A stretch of DNA of 64,000 bases, from assembly GCF_009914755.1 (NCBI RefSeq), contig NC_060947.1; one strand, given 5' to 3'. A program made the position numbers and the translations under genes. Below the pieces are notes generated by a model that saw only the letters and a program-made list of their open reading frames with translations, searched no databases and was not told where the DNA came from. The first letter of the stretch is position 1. Each line of letters starts with the position of its first letter. Source of the DNA: the human T2T-CHM13v2.0 reference genome, Homo sapiens. This document shows, one piece after another, positions 13,212 to 27,197 of the stretch.

Positions 13212-13284
13212 TGGTTCTCTGACTGAGAATCAAACCTAGGTCATGGTGGTGAACTTGTCGAATTCTAACCACTAGACTACAGGA
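13212..13284 (-). pseudogene. Degenerate tRNA-Glu(TTC) copy with encoded 3' CCA, inside the ERV internal region
   Basis: Minus strand TCCTGTAGTCTAGTGGTTAGAATTCGACAAGTTCACCACCATGACCTAGGTTTGATTCTCAGTCAGAGAACCA aligns end to end with tRNA-Glu (TCCCTGGTGGTCTAGTGG...GGTTCGATTCCCGGTCAGGGAA+CCA). Many of the changes are CpG decay. Confidence 0.8.
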
Positions 13285-13400
13285 TGGAGTGCACCTTATT
13301 GTAAATCCGTCAGGGAGTCCAAAGTAGGTAGTTTTAGTGTACAAAGGATTTTAACTTTGTTTTAGGTCAGATTTTTTTCTCTTTAATTTTCTCAAGAGAA

Positions 13401-13704
<304 letters not shown>

Positions 13705-14377
13705 ATTGTCAAGAGAAGTTCTAAGGCTAGCCATGACACTAGTCATGTGTCTTTTTAAAATTTGATCCTCTCATAGATACAAGGTAATTGTTTAGAATGA
13801 GAGATCTCTAAAATCTTTTTTTTTTTAAATTAATCGTCTTTATAAGTTGAAGGATCCATCTTTTGCTCACTGACAATTAGAATTTCCAATCATGTACTTA
13901 CTTATTCCAGTAGCAATTGAATCCAAAAAGCCTTTTCATGGAAAGCCTAAGAGGTGATTTTCCAAGTTTAGAATAAGTTTTTAGCACATAAGCAAGCGGT
14001 GTTCCTGGAGAGGGCATAGAAGAGATATTCTTAATAATTCCAAAAAAACTTATTCCCAGGAAGAGGCTAAGCCAGTGAAAGACTTGTTGCCATAGATACT
14101 TAAGGATGGTGTTTGTATGTCCTGTTCCACCAGTATCCCACAAATTTGTGGGGGCCTGCCAGTTCCAGACCCATTAATTCATGACACCAGGCTCTCCTGA
14201 GATTGGACTTTCCCAGGACAAACCAGGCAACCACAGTTGAAACAACAAAAACTCCTATGAATGGAGCTTCTTATTTAAGACAAACTCCCCTAAGAGATTG
14301 GTACATTCAGAACAAAACATGTGCTGCTTAAAATCTTATGTGCCTCAGCTTTCCAGCCATTTTCATATGTGACTTGA

Positions 14378-14860
14378 AAATGAGGACTGTGATGGTTATA
14401 AGTATTTATTCCTTATTTTGGTGTTTTTATTTAATAATTTAATTTTACATAAAATTTAATAATTTAATATTTTAATTTAATTTTACCTCTGTCATTCCCT
14501 TATCATCTAACATGACTTGTTAATAATTAACTTGATATTATATTTAAGTTACAAAATATAAAACAGGGAGTATGAACCAGGAAGAAGAAAATGAACATCA
14601 CCCAAAGGCACAAAAGGGACTCTACACCCTCTTCTGGGAAAATAATTAGTTTGTTATGTAGGATTATTATATCATTTTTGATGGAAGTAGGTCTTTTGTT
14701 ATTGTTTTTATTTGGAGATTAAGTGTGGTTCAAGGAAGCTTATTTGAGGTCAAAGTTGCCAAGAATGGACTGTGGTAGCTTTATAATGTGTCAGCTTGGT
14801 TAGGTTTAACTACATTTCACAGAATTTATCATTTTATTTCTGGTGAGGTTGAGCCACATG
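14378..14860 (+). mobile_element. ERVL internal 3' end plus start of an MLT2 LTR (from 14771)
   Basis: 'aagttgccaagaatggac|tgtggtagctttataatgtgtcagcttggttagg' resembles the ERVL purine-tract/MLT2 junction. The LTR start resembles the minus-strand start of the LTR ending at 5058. Confidence 0.65.
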
Positions 14861-14920
14861 TATACTCTTTATACCAATTGCATTATTTCTCCACTGTTGT
14901 AACTCAATCATTAATGTATC

Positions 14921-15410
14921 TACGGTTGATAGAATAAAGGACCAAAAAATATACTTATTCTAATTCCTAGAATCTATGATACGGTATATTACATGGCAAA
15001 GGGAAGTTAAGGTTACAGATAGAATTAAGATTACTAATCAGATGACCTTAAATAGGGAGATTAGGATTATCTGGGTGGGCCCAATGTTATCTCAAGGTCC
15101 TGAAAAGTGAAAGTAGGAGACAGTGTCAGAGTGATTTCATGCGAGAAAGAATTGACTAGTCATTGCTGGCTTTGATGAAAGGGGGCTACAGTCAAGAAAT
15201 AGAAGAGCCTCTAGAAGCTGGAAAAAGCAAGAAAATGGATTCTGCCCTAAAACCTCCAGGAAGGAACATAGCCTTACCTACATCTTGATTTTAGTCCAGT
15301 TAGCCTGGTTTCAGACTTCTGACATACAGACCTATAAGAAAATAAATTTTTGTTTTTGTAAGCTGCTAAATTTGTGCAAATTTGTGATGCAGCAATAGTA
15401 ACCTAATGCA
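14921..15410 (+). mobile_element. MaLR solo LTR (MLT1D-like)
   Basis: 'tattacatggcaaagggaagttaaggtt...ggattatctgggtgggcccaatg...gcagcaatagtaacctaatgca'. Confidence 0.85.
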
Positions 15411-16066
15411 GTAACCTTTTATTGGCCTTCCTCCATTCGGTGCTTTCAACTACTCACTTTCTTACTATTTTTATTGGGTCATTTTCCAAATAAACAACTG
15501 TACTTAAATCATTGTCTCAGTTCTGCTTTTAAGAAATTCAAATGAAGACAGTCTTTCTCCACAACAAATTCTACTGGTATGACCAAGGGTATGTAAAAAT
15601 AGGATATAATCTGTACAGTGATTAGGAGATATGGATAGATATTATTAGTAACAGGCCAAAAAGGCAGCGTGCAAATGGGCTTAGATTGAGGGAAGTGAAA
15701 ACTATCTCATATTTCAATAAGATTAGTTGCAAGAAAAGGAAGTAAGCAGAACTAGGAAAATCTCCACCTCTGAGAAGGAAGGGCTGGTAAAAAAAAAAAA
15801 AAAAAAGGGCCTTCGGGACAAAGTAGATGTGATGAAAGTCAAAGCACACCAAAATTCCTCAGAAAAGTCAGCTACATGGAGAATTCACTCTCAGCTTTCT
15901 CTTGGTGCAAGCAAAAGAAAGTGAAAATGTCATTATACTGGATTTCTATATATGTGAATCTGACAGAAGCAGTATATTGGGCTCTTACAACATAATCATA
16001 AAAATTAAAATGAAATAATTCAAAGAAGAAACAGCTCCTTTTCTATTAAGTTGTCCTCTTACTAGC

Positions 16067-16099
16067 TGTATTAGAGTCAGGGTTCTCCTGAGAAACAGA

Positions 16100-16143
<44 letters not shown>

Positions 16144-16930
16144 CACGTACACGCACGTGTGTGTGTGTGTGCATGTGTGTGTGTATGTGTCTTGGGAGAG
16201 GGAGGGAGATTTTTAAGGATTTGGCTCTCATGATTGTTGTAGCTTGGTGTCTTAGTTCACTTTGCTAAACAAAAATCCCATAAACCGTGTAGCTTTTAAA
16301 CAACATAAATTTATTACTCACAGTTCTTTAGTCTGGAAAGTACACAATCAAGGTACCAGCAGATTCAGTGCCTAGAGCAGATCCTTTTCCTTGCTCACAG
16401 GTGGTGCCTTCTCACTGTGTCCTCACATGATGGAAGGGGCAAGAGAGCTCTCAGGCCTCTTTATAAGGGCACTAATTCAAATCATCTGGGCTCTACTCTC
16501 ATGACCTGATCACCTCCTAAAGGCCCTGCTTCCTAATATAATCATCTTGAAGGTTAGGATTTTGACATATGAATTGGGAGGAGGGGGTTCACAAACATTC
16601 AGACCATAGCACATGGTAAATATAAAGCCTGATAGAATAGACCAACAGACTGGACATACAGAGAAGAGTTGCAGTTTGATTCCAAAAGTGCTCTCTGCTG
16701 GCAGAACTCTTTCTTGCTTAGAGGAAGTCAGTCTTTTTTCTAGTAAGGCCTTCAATTGATTGGATAAGGCCCACCAACATTATGGAGGGTAATTTGCTTT
16801 ACTCACAGCCCACCAATTTAGATGTTAATCTTGTCCACAAAACACCTTTGTAGAAACATCTAGAATAATGTTTGACCAAGTATCTGAGCACCATGGCCCA
16901 GCCAAGTTGACACATAAAATTAACCATCAC
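16067..16930 (-). mobile_element. MLT2 (D-like) LTR containing a (TG)n tract (16105-16190) and a nested MLT1A
   Basis: Ends 'tgtattagagtcagggttctcctgagaaacagaac' and 'caagttgacacataaaattaaccatcac'. Confidence 0.85.
16248..16612 (-). mobile_element. MaLR solo LTR (MLT1A-like) nested in MLT2
   Basis: 'tgtcttagttcac...cacaaacattcagaccatagca', with TSD-like CTTGG/CATGG. Confidence 0.85.
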
Positions 16931-17794
16931 GCTAGTTCCCAGGCTTCTTCCTAGAAAGGAATATCTTCATGGGAAAATGTGGTTCTGTCCTGACACATGA
17001 ACACCATGAACACCATGTCTCCAGTGTATATGAGCTAGTCTGTGGGGGAGGTTATTTGAAACCAATCTGAGTCCTACAAAGTTGTTTGAGCTGCACCCAT
17101 CAGAACTCATATATGTAGCCAGTGAAAAGAAACCATTTGGAAAATCAATGAACTTTCCTGTCATGCAGCTTTTCTCTCCATGGCTCACTCCCCATTCATG
17201 TGGACAATTTAATTCAACCTGTAACAAAATATTGCTATAGCAAACAGGAACACCTTTATATTCCCATTTTCTGGGAATAAAAGATTTGAATTTTGACACA
17301 GAATCATCTCAAATTTCAGAATTTGAAGAAGTTGGAGTCTCCTCAGTAAAGCTGAGGCTACAAAAATACTATTGGACTTTTGAAAAATGCTCTGAACATC
17401 TAAACAAAATAAAAGGGCCATTTGGGGATTCAGAATAAGTTTATCTATGTGAAACAGCTTTATGCCAAGAAAAGTTAACAGTTAAAAAGTCTTATTTGCA
17501 TTTCAATAAGATTTCTTGAAATTCTACACCCATTGGAAAAAAAATCATATAACATTAGGAAAGACAGCATTCAAATAAAAACTAAGATTACTAAATTTAA
17601 ACATGTAATGGAAGCAGTAAAGAGTAGATTGAAAAATGCAAAAAAAAAAGTTCTCTCAGAACAATTAGGAAAATGACGACTGAAGGGATGAAGCAATAAA
17701 GCTTATAGATAAAAATATGTGCATGTTTTTCTAATATATTTTCCAAAAAAATCAGATGATGCAGACTAAATGTCATAAGAATTTCAGGAAAACA

Positions 17795-18255
17795 TCTTGT
17801 TTTCTCCTTTAGATCCACTCAGCCCTTTCCCAGCCTGCTCTTTGTCCCATGAAGCTGACCTGTATAAATGGTTTCAAGGGACTAGATGCTTGGTTCAGTC
17901 TATGAGAAGCAGTCACAGGAGATGGGAGCGTACGAGGAGTGCAAGCCCCAGATTTCTCCAGTTGGCCATAGTTAACTGCCTACATTCCCCTAGGGAAGGT
18001 TGCAGTTCCTGCACATAGCCCTCTCACAGACACAATAACACGGCTGTGGTCTACAGCACTTTCCAAGTCCTGAAGACTACTTTTCTCAACCCTTTCAGAT
18101 CCATGGGTGGTAATAGATCCCCGGCTATTTTGTTCTAGGTTCTTAACCATCCCTTTGGTTTCCTTTAACCTTTTCGATACCATTGCAAATCATTAAACTC
18201 TGCTCAATTTTCCTGTTTGAGAATTTCCACCATTTTCACGTTACTGACTGATATA
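17795..18255 (+). mobile_element. Old ERVL LTR (LTR33-like)
   Basis: 3' end 'cattaaactct...ctgactgatata'. The body resembles the LTR33 family. Confidence 0.5.
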
Positions 18256-19482
18256 AGCAAAAATTAATAGCAGGAATAGAGGAAAAACTTGAGGCTTTAG
18301 ATCAGAGTGGCTCATGTAATAGAAGGAGTTAATAAAAGAAGTTCTTGCTTTAAAATTTAAAAAGCAATCCTTAGGATATAGCAAAGATTTTTTTTAACTG
18401 TAAAATCATCCAGGCAAGGGGAAAATAAGTTACCTATGGTAAAATAATCTTAAAAGGTCAGCCTGACATCAAAACTTTCTTCTGCAATACTAATTGTCAG
18501 AAGGCACTAAAACATCATCAACAAAATTGTGAGCCATTCATAGCCATGAAAGAACTTAAAAAGTATACAATCAGCAAAGAGCTCTGAATAACGTTTTTAG
18601 GAAAATGGTAAACTGACAAACCAAAAAAAAAAAAAAGAATCACAATAAATAATTCCAATAGAGAGAAAATGTAATTTAAAAGCAATTGTGGTTACTACTG
18701 ATATCAGTAATATGTATGCATAATGTTAAAATATTTGCTAACATGTGAAACTTAATGAACATCAATTTTTAAAAGACATGATATGTAATTATAAAATAAA
18801 TTAATCTAGTTATATTAACCGAGATTATTCCAACAAAAACTGTGATGTGAGGGGAGGGAAATAAAAATAAAATGTACAAGTATTTCTTTATTCTTCCTAT
18901 TTAAATAAAAATAATTGAGCTCACCATTTTTCAATTGTGTAAAAGAAAAAAAATCTATGTTAGTGTATAGAGAATTACCAAAAAAAAAAATAAGACTTCT
19001 AAATTACAAAAAAAAAAGAGCAAGTTATAGTAAAATGTCTGAGTGTCCATATGGTAAACTATTAATAATGCATACTTCTGAATTGTGAGATCTTGGAGAT
19101 TTTCACTTTTCATATTTTGTTTATCTATATTTTTATAATGCACATATGTTTATGAGTGTATGAATAAACATTTACATAAACTTCTATATCTTATAAAATG
19201 AAATTAAACCATAATGCTTTTAATTTCTTGTGTCTCTTGTTTTTCTCACAAGTATTTGAAGCAGTTAACAAATAGATTTAAAATGTGAGTAAGACAGACA
19301 ATGGATCTGGATCAAGTTCTGTAAATTTTGGTCTTGAGGATTCCTTGGAATTTAAGAGCAAGAAGGAACCTGAAGTATAAGTAAATGTACTATTTAAACA
19401 ATGTAATCTTTTAAAAATATATAAAAATGCCCTAGAAATAACTAAAGTCAAAAAAATTATTTCTAAAAATTAATAATCCTAA

Positions 19483-19799
<317 letters not shown>

Positions 19800-20044
19800 A
19801 CTATGTAACTTCTGCTAGACATTCTGTGGTGTACATATTTTGCATTTTCTGCTCAACTCTCCTTTTCTAATAATTTTCCTCCCCTCATATACAAAATGGC
19901 AGTATAAATGGCTACATGCCATGTTGTTATGGTGAGAACACATGGAACCAAACTGGTATCCAGACTCAGGCCTGAGAGAGTCAAGCCATTCTCTCTCCAG
20001 AAGTTTCACCTATTAAACACATAACTGTGAGACTTTGGTGGCAA

Positions 20045-20781
20045 TGTAATCACCTGACATGTTCTTCCTGATAGCTGCATAGACAAAATCAACTCACTGA
20101 GACCATGGCATTGCTGTAAAGAAAGAGTTTAATTGATGTGAGGCTGGCCATGTGGGAGACAGAATTTCTACTCAAATCAGTCTCCCAAGGTCTTGGAGGT
20201 TAGGGTTTTTATGGACAATTTGATGGCCAGGGGGCTAGGGAATAGGTGCTACTGATTGGTTGGGGATAAAATCATAGGAGTGTGGAATTTGTGCCACTGC
20301 ACTCCAGCCTGGGGGACAGAACGAGTCTCCATCTCAAAAAAAAAAAAAAATCAGATGAGTCAGTTTATTTATCTGGGTGTGCCAGCTGATCCATCATCCA
20401 TCAAGTGCAGGGTCTGGAAAATAACTCAAGCACTTATCTTAGGCTTTACAATAGTGATGTTATCTCCAGGAGAAATTTGGGGAGGGTGGAGGGTTAGAAT
20501 CTTGTAGCCTCCAGTTGCATGACTCCTAAGCCGTAATTTCTTACCTTTTGACTACTTTGTTAGTCCTACAAAGGTAGTCTAGTCCCCAGGCAAGAAGGAG
20601 GTTTGTTTTGGGAAAGATTCTTATTGTCTTTGTTTTAAACTATAAACTAAGTTCCTCCCACAGTTAGTTCAGCCTACACCCAGGAATGAACAAGGACAGC
20701 TTGGAGGTTAGAAGCGAGATGGAGTTGGTTAGGTCAAATCTCTTTCACTGTCTCAGTTATAATTTTGCAATGGCAGTTTCA
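20045..20781 (-). mobile_element. LTR8-family solo LTR (ERV1), containing a 60-bp Alu 3' fragment at 20289-20350 (+)
   Basis: Minus strand begins TGAAACTGCCATTGCAAAATTATAACTGAGACAGTGAAAGAGAT. Homologous to 33181-33872. Confidence 0.85.
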
Positions 20782-20966
20782 GAACTGGCTTGCACCTTTT
20801 GTTCTACCTTGATTTTATCTTTGAGGTTATGTGCTCTACTGGGATCTACAGTAGAACACATTCTACAGGGGTGAGAATGGTCAGAGAAGCATGGAGTTGG
20901 GCAGGGAGAAGAGGCTTCTTGAACTCTCGTTCAGGCATAAAATTGGAAAGCTGGCATTATTACAAG

Positions 20967-21582
20967 TTGTTGGAGCTCAGAAACCAATACCCCAAAATAT
21001 GACATTTTGACAGACTGAACTGAAAAAGACTCAAGGTCCCTCTGACCTTCCCCCCTACCCCATCTTCTCTCCTAAAGCATAAGATAAAGTTGTTCTCTGA
21101 AGTTCTTTTATCTGCCAAAAGTCCAGACCCACCAAGAAGAACATTGTTTTTCTTTCCCCTCCCTGTTATCTTATTATCCTTTCCCTACTATCTATTATCT
21201 ATTCCAGAAATGAAGGCCAAGAATATAATCACACCTGCACCAACCCTTTTATAAAATAATGTCTGTCTCTCAGACTTATCCAAACTCCAAAGAAAACTAT
21301 GAACCAGTTAATCTCTGTTCCCCATTCATTCTCCCTAGTAATCCTTTATCGCTCCTCAACAGAATTCCTCTTCTTTCTCCTCCAATAACCTGTTTTGCCA
21401 GGATCTAATGCCCCATTTTTTCTGTAACCTTAAAATGGTATATAGGCTTCTGAGCCAACTTTGGGGAGTGGGGGCAGGATTGAGTCTTCATTCTGAAGGC
21501 TCCCACATATATGAGTTAAACAAATTTGTATGCCTTTTCTCTTGTTAATCTGCCTCATACCAGTGATTTTCAGCAAACCTAC
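20967..21582 (+). mobile_element. ERV1 solo LTR (MER39/LTR29-like)
   Basis: Begins TGTTGGAGCTCAGAAACCAATACCCCAAAATATG. MER4-group U5 motif 'tttgtatgccttttctcttgttaatctgcc'. Confidence 0.7.
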
Positions 21583-21589
21583 AAAGTGC

Positions 21590-21861
21590 AATGTGGTCCT
21601 AATTCCTCACCCCTCCCTGTATCCATGCCCTTTGACTTGTATCTTTGAAATACTCTCCCACTATGTGAAGGATGTTATACCTTACCTCTGGCTCTAAAGT
21701 TGGCCATGTGATTTGCTCTGGTCATTGGGATTTTAGCAAGTGTGAAACAGGCAGGGTCATAGGAAAGTGCTTGATATTTTTGTTAGATCTCTTGTTCCTA
21801 GGCATTTGCCATGAGAATATAGCCTACTGGAAATGTGATACGTAAATTAAAGCTAAGTAGC
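21590..21861 (+). mobile_element. MaLR LTR (MLT1F/G/H-like), 5' part; continues at 38819-39071
   Basis: 'ccctccctgtatccatgccctttg...ggccatgtgatttgctctggtca'. The matching 3' part 'cttattgtttcaagccattga...agataactgacgca' lies 17 kb downstream. Confidence 0.65.
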
Positions 21862-22192
21862 TGAAAAAGTTCAGGAAATGCCATCCCAAAACATATTGCT
21901 TTGGTATACTGATTACTTTGGTGCCGAAGGCACTTGAAAAGAAACAAATGCAGAGAGGCTTTCTTTCAACTCCCCTTATCTGCCTACACGGAGATTCTCC
22001 AAAAAGAATTCAATTTCCATAAAATCCCCTCCCTGGCAGTTTCATCAGCCAGGGAAGATTAACTCATATAACAGGGCAGAAGACTAAAAGTCAACACCAC
22101 ATCCAGACAAACTTTGTCGCAAGGTATCATCTATTCTTCTAAGGGCCCATTTATCTTTCCCCAAAATCATTTACTCTCTGATAAGTTGCCTA
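21862..22192 (+). mobile_element. MER34-group LTR, 5' part; continues at 38603-38818
   Basis: MER34-like start 'aatgccatcccaaaacatattgctttggtat'. The 3' part ends 'gtcttttctcttctaca'. Split by the provirus at 22193-38602. Confidence 0.7.
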
Positions 22193-24440
22193 AGTCTACC
22201 TAAAAGGAAGAAGCTTAGGTGAAATTAATGTAAGCCGATAGTTTATTTGGTCCAAGCTTTAGGATTGCAGCCCAGGAGCATAGATTCAAGTTGCCCTGAA
22301 TAAATACTCCAATTAGCAGCAGTTACAAGTGCATTTTTAAGGGAAAAAAGTAGGTGACTCAACAATTATTGAGTTGTTTACCAAGAATTTACATTAAAAT
22401 AACATAAATTATTAATTGGCTATACATTGTTTCTTTGTATCACAAGTTCCAGGCACATGAAGATAATGAGTGAGGCAGCTAATGGGGACCAAATTACTTC
22501 AAACAATTTCCCCAAAGTGAGATAGCAAGGGATGGGGCATGATTTAGGTCCCATACACTTATATCTCTGGGCCTGCATACCTCATATAGCTCAGACTACT
22601 CTGACCTATTTTTCTTTTTCGTTTTCCCCCTGTTGATCAAAAATTTTCCCATGAAGCATTGATGATTGATCGCTGAATAGGTTAGAATGATAGACATTCT
22701 TCATCCCTCAGCATCGGGAAAGCTCATTCCTGGAAAGGCTCAGTCAAGTCACTGATTTATATAATGGTCATCACTTTTTGAATCATCTCTAGCCTTTGGA
22801 ATTTCATGCTTTCAGTTTTCTTGTAAGAAGGAAAACAATGAGAGATACATAGTAAAACCTATTCCGTTGGGGATTCAGTCCACATTTTAGGAATATAATT
22901 TAAATGTTTTTAAAATGGTCAGAGCTGGAATCTAACAACAGGTTTTCTATAATTTTTTTCAGAACGTAATTTTTGTCTCCCAAGTTCCCCATTTCTATGG
23001 AAGATAAATCTTAGTAATCTTAGTAGGGCAAATTTACTAGTAAAATAAGTTTTAATATTATACTTGGCCTATTTGCATTAAATGAAACAAGAATAGTGAT
23101 TGGCCACATAGGTTCTTTTAAGTTAGCTTTGCTGGAACTTTCATAAGAAATTTCAAATTAGATCTTTAAAAACCTTGAGGTTAGAAGCCAAGTCAAGGAT
23201 TCACCATTAGATTGTGTCTGCAATTAGGTGAATTATTATCTTCTCAAGGTCTCCATATAACCTTGAGTTTCCCAGGCCTGTCAGAAAGTGACATTTTTTT
23301 ACTTACTGCAAGTTCAGAAACCTTGAAAACTATCCATGTAGACAAGGTACCAGGCCAGTCTTTCTAAGCAGTTTTATTGGCTTTATAAAGTCAACCTAAA
23401 TTCCTCACAGCAGTCTGGATATGTCTGAAAATATGCCATTCCACTCAAAGCTTTGATAAAATAACTAGTTTCTCCAATAGTGTTCTGTTACAAAAGAAAA
23501 CAGATTCATACTGAACTTATGCAAGTAAGTAGATTCACATAAAATAAGAATGCTGATGAATAGTTTAAAAATTTTAGAGAAATCAGAGAAAAAGGCAAAT
23601 GTTTCCATTTTGTTCACAAAGGTATATTTTTTCCAATTACTGCAAGCTATAAGTAGCTCAAAAGAAAGAAAAATTTCTGAGTCTGGAAAACAAAACATAA
23701 AAAGAATCAGCAATGTTTCAAACAAAAAGTCATAAAAATATTTTTAGCCCCCTATCAGTTCAGTCTCATGTAATTAATTCTTCTGTTTGATGTTGGGTTA
23801 CAAAATCTTTATGAACTCATTGGTTTATTAGAATTCTGAAAGTTTTTGCTTAGTCCAATTATATGATCTCCAAAGTTATCAGAAACCTGTATTCAAGGGT
23901 ACTTGTCATAGTCCTTTTCTATGATTTTTCTTGAAGAAAAAGTAAGTTTTGGAATGTAGCCAATTGTAAACAATGTTTTGAGAAAGAATTAAAGCAATAA
24001 TTGCCTTTGGATGGCAAAATTTAGAGTAGCCATGGTTAAAGACACAATTGACAAGAAAACTTGGTTATTTGTGTGGCATACAACAATTTAACATAATAAC
24101 CATAATTATATCTGACATACATTAAGACATACCAGAATTTTAGGAATCTTGTGTAATTTTATAACACATATTAATAACCTAACCAGACTCAAAGAATATT
24201 CAAACACCATTATTTTATTTGACAATGCTTCCCATATAATTTTAATATACTAAATAAACCTAATATGTCTTTCTTGGTATTCCAGTGGTTTCTTCCAGAA
24301 GAAAACTGAATTTTAGAATTTGAAATTGAATTTTTGGAAGAATGTCAAATATTAAAGATTTAAAACACTTGATCAAAATAGAATTCCAGGTCACTGTAAA
24401 ATAATAGTCATTAATTTAGCCAAAGTGAAAATTCAAAATT

Positions 24441-24742
<302 letters not shown>

Positions 24743-25138
24743 GCTTTTATTATTTGATAGAGAGGAATCTCAGCTTTTGAAACAATTGAAAGACCTAATA
24801 AAGACAACATTAGACCAACAGAATTGTTTCCATCTTTTTAATTTTTTTGCAGTTTACTCAAAAGGTGAACAAAAGTCTTATTATCTCCCATTAATATTAT
24901 ATAAATTTTTTTCAAAAGAGAAAATCAAATTCTACCTTTGCATCAGTACCATTTCTATCAGCTTTGATCCTATGAAATAATATTTCCGTAAACCTTTTAT
25001 AATCTCTTACAAGTTTCTGTTAAAGAGAGCTCAGTGTTCTGAGAAAACCCTGTTATTTTGACACAGGCCAAGACACTGGCTCTCTATCAGTATGATTTTG
25101 ATATTAACGCCCAATTTTTAGAAAAAGTAAATAATGTT

Positions 25139-25500
25139 CGTATTAGTCCATTTTCATACTGCTGTGAAGAAATACCCAAGACTGGGTAATTTATAAAGAG
25201 AAAGAGGTTTAATGGACTCACAGTTCCACATGGCTGGGGAGGCCTCATAATCATGGCAGAAGGTGAAGGAGGAGCAAAGGCACGTCTTACATGGTGGCAG
25301 GCAAGAGTGTGTGCAGGGGAACTCCTCTTTATAAAACCATCAGATCTGGTGACACTTATTCACTATCATGAGAACAGCATGGGAAAAACCTGCCCCCATG
25401 ATTTAGTTACCTCCCACTGGGTCCCTCCCACAACATGTGGGGATTATGGGAGCTACGATTCAAGTTGAGATTTGGGTGTGGACACAGCCAAATCATATCA
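25139..25500 (-). mobile_element. THE1 (C/D-like) solo LTR
   Basis: 'tattagtccattttcatactgct...atacccaagactgggtaatttataaag...gacacagccaaatcatatca'. Confidence 0.9.
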
Positions 25501-25756
25501 ACGTCCTTTTAATTTTAGCCAACTTGATTATATATAAAATTTCTTTTACATGATTAATCTTCCACAAATCTTCTGCAACATGCTTAAGCTTTTAGTTTTT
25601 TCCTATATTTTTATGTATATTGACAACCCGCCTTATGACAAAAATTTACTTTTTTTCTTGCTTATTATATTGAACACACAAAATTCTCTCTCATGTATAA
25701 GAAAAGATACTCTCTCTTTTCAACTTTTTTTACATCTTACTTTCCTTATACATTTT

Positions 25757-25991
25757 TGATACAGTCTGGATATTTGTCCCCCACAAATTGCATATTGAAT
25801 TGTAATCCCCAATGCTGAAGGTTTGGACCTGGTGATAGGTGTTTGGATTATGGGGGCAGATCTTTCATGGCTTAGAGCTGTCTTTGTGATAATGAGTTTT
25901 CATGAGATCTGGTCATACAAAAGTGTGTGGCAGTTCCTTGCGCCACTCTCTGTCACATACTCCTGCTTTTGCCATGTGACATGCCTGTTCA
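25757..25991 (+). mobile_element. MST (MSTA/B-like) LTR, 3'-truncated
   Basis: 'tgatacagtctggatatttgtccc...tgaattgtaatccccaatg...gagatctggtc'. Stops abruptly at a hairpin junction. Confidence 0.85.
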
Positions 25992-26497
25992 CATGTCACA
26001 TGGCATTAGACTCATTTTCTGAGTCTAATGACTCAGACATTTTATAATTATCTTTAATTTAACATAACATTAAGTTTCTGAAAAAGATTTTTGAAACTCT
26101 GAAAAGTTTGTTTATAAACTTTTATCTTAACAATTATTTATTTTATTTATTCTTAGAAATTATGCTTGAATAGTTCATTAAACAAAGCTAGCCATCATCT
26201 TAAGTTTTTTCTTTGCTAATCATTTCTATAGCTTGTGAAACCCTAAAGTTAAACAGGTAAGTATTTTGTTGATAAGAAGACACAGCTACTTTTATTAAAC
26301 CAATAAACTAGTATTATTTACCAAAGATGTACCCACATCATGTGAACTAAAAGGCATTTGAGTTAGTTTCTATTTTTCTGATTTAATATTCAATTTAAGT
26401 GCTTGTTGGTTCTTTAAGCCAATTAATTAGAGCTCTTTCATACATTTTGGTAGTGAAATATCACATATGAATGACGCATTTAAACATATAGCTATAA

Positions 26498-26820
<323 letters not shown>

Positions 26821-26898
26821 AGATCTTATAGCTTTATAATGTTCTTCATTTGCCAGTTTTCAAATAATTTCTTTTCTACCCCCTTTAGACTATCAATT

Positions 26899-27197
26899 AT
26901 TTTTATTTTTTTTTTAGATCCAGAGTCTTGCTCTGTTGCCCAAGCTGGAGTGCACTGGTGTGATCTTGCTTCACTGCAACCTCCACCTCCCAGCTCAAGC
27001 AATTCTCATGCCTCAGCCTTCAGAGTAGCTGGGACCATGGGTGTGCACCACCGCACCTGGCTAATTTTTATATTTTCTCTTTAGTAGAAACGGGGTTTCG
27101 CCATATTGGCCAGGCTCAAACTCCTGGCCTCAAGTGATCTGCCCACTTTGGCCTACCAAAGTGCTAGAATTACAGGCATGAGCCATCGTGCCCAGCC
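26899..27197 (-). mobile_element. Alu (old S/J-like)
   Basis: Dimer, TSD TAGACTA(T/A)CAA. Confidence 0.95.

Noticed and set aside
16967-17299. 110-aa minus-strand ORF, with a partly open frame on the plus strand too
   Set aside because: No recognisable protein similarity and no splice or promoter support. ORFs of this size occur by chance. Of interest only as the donor of a templated insertion.
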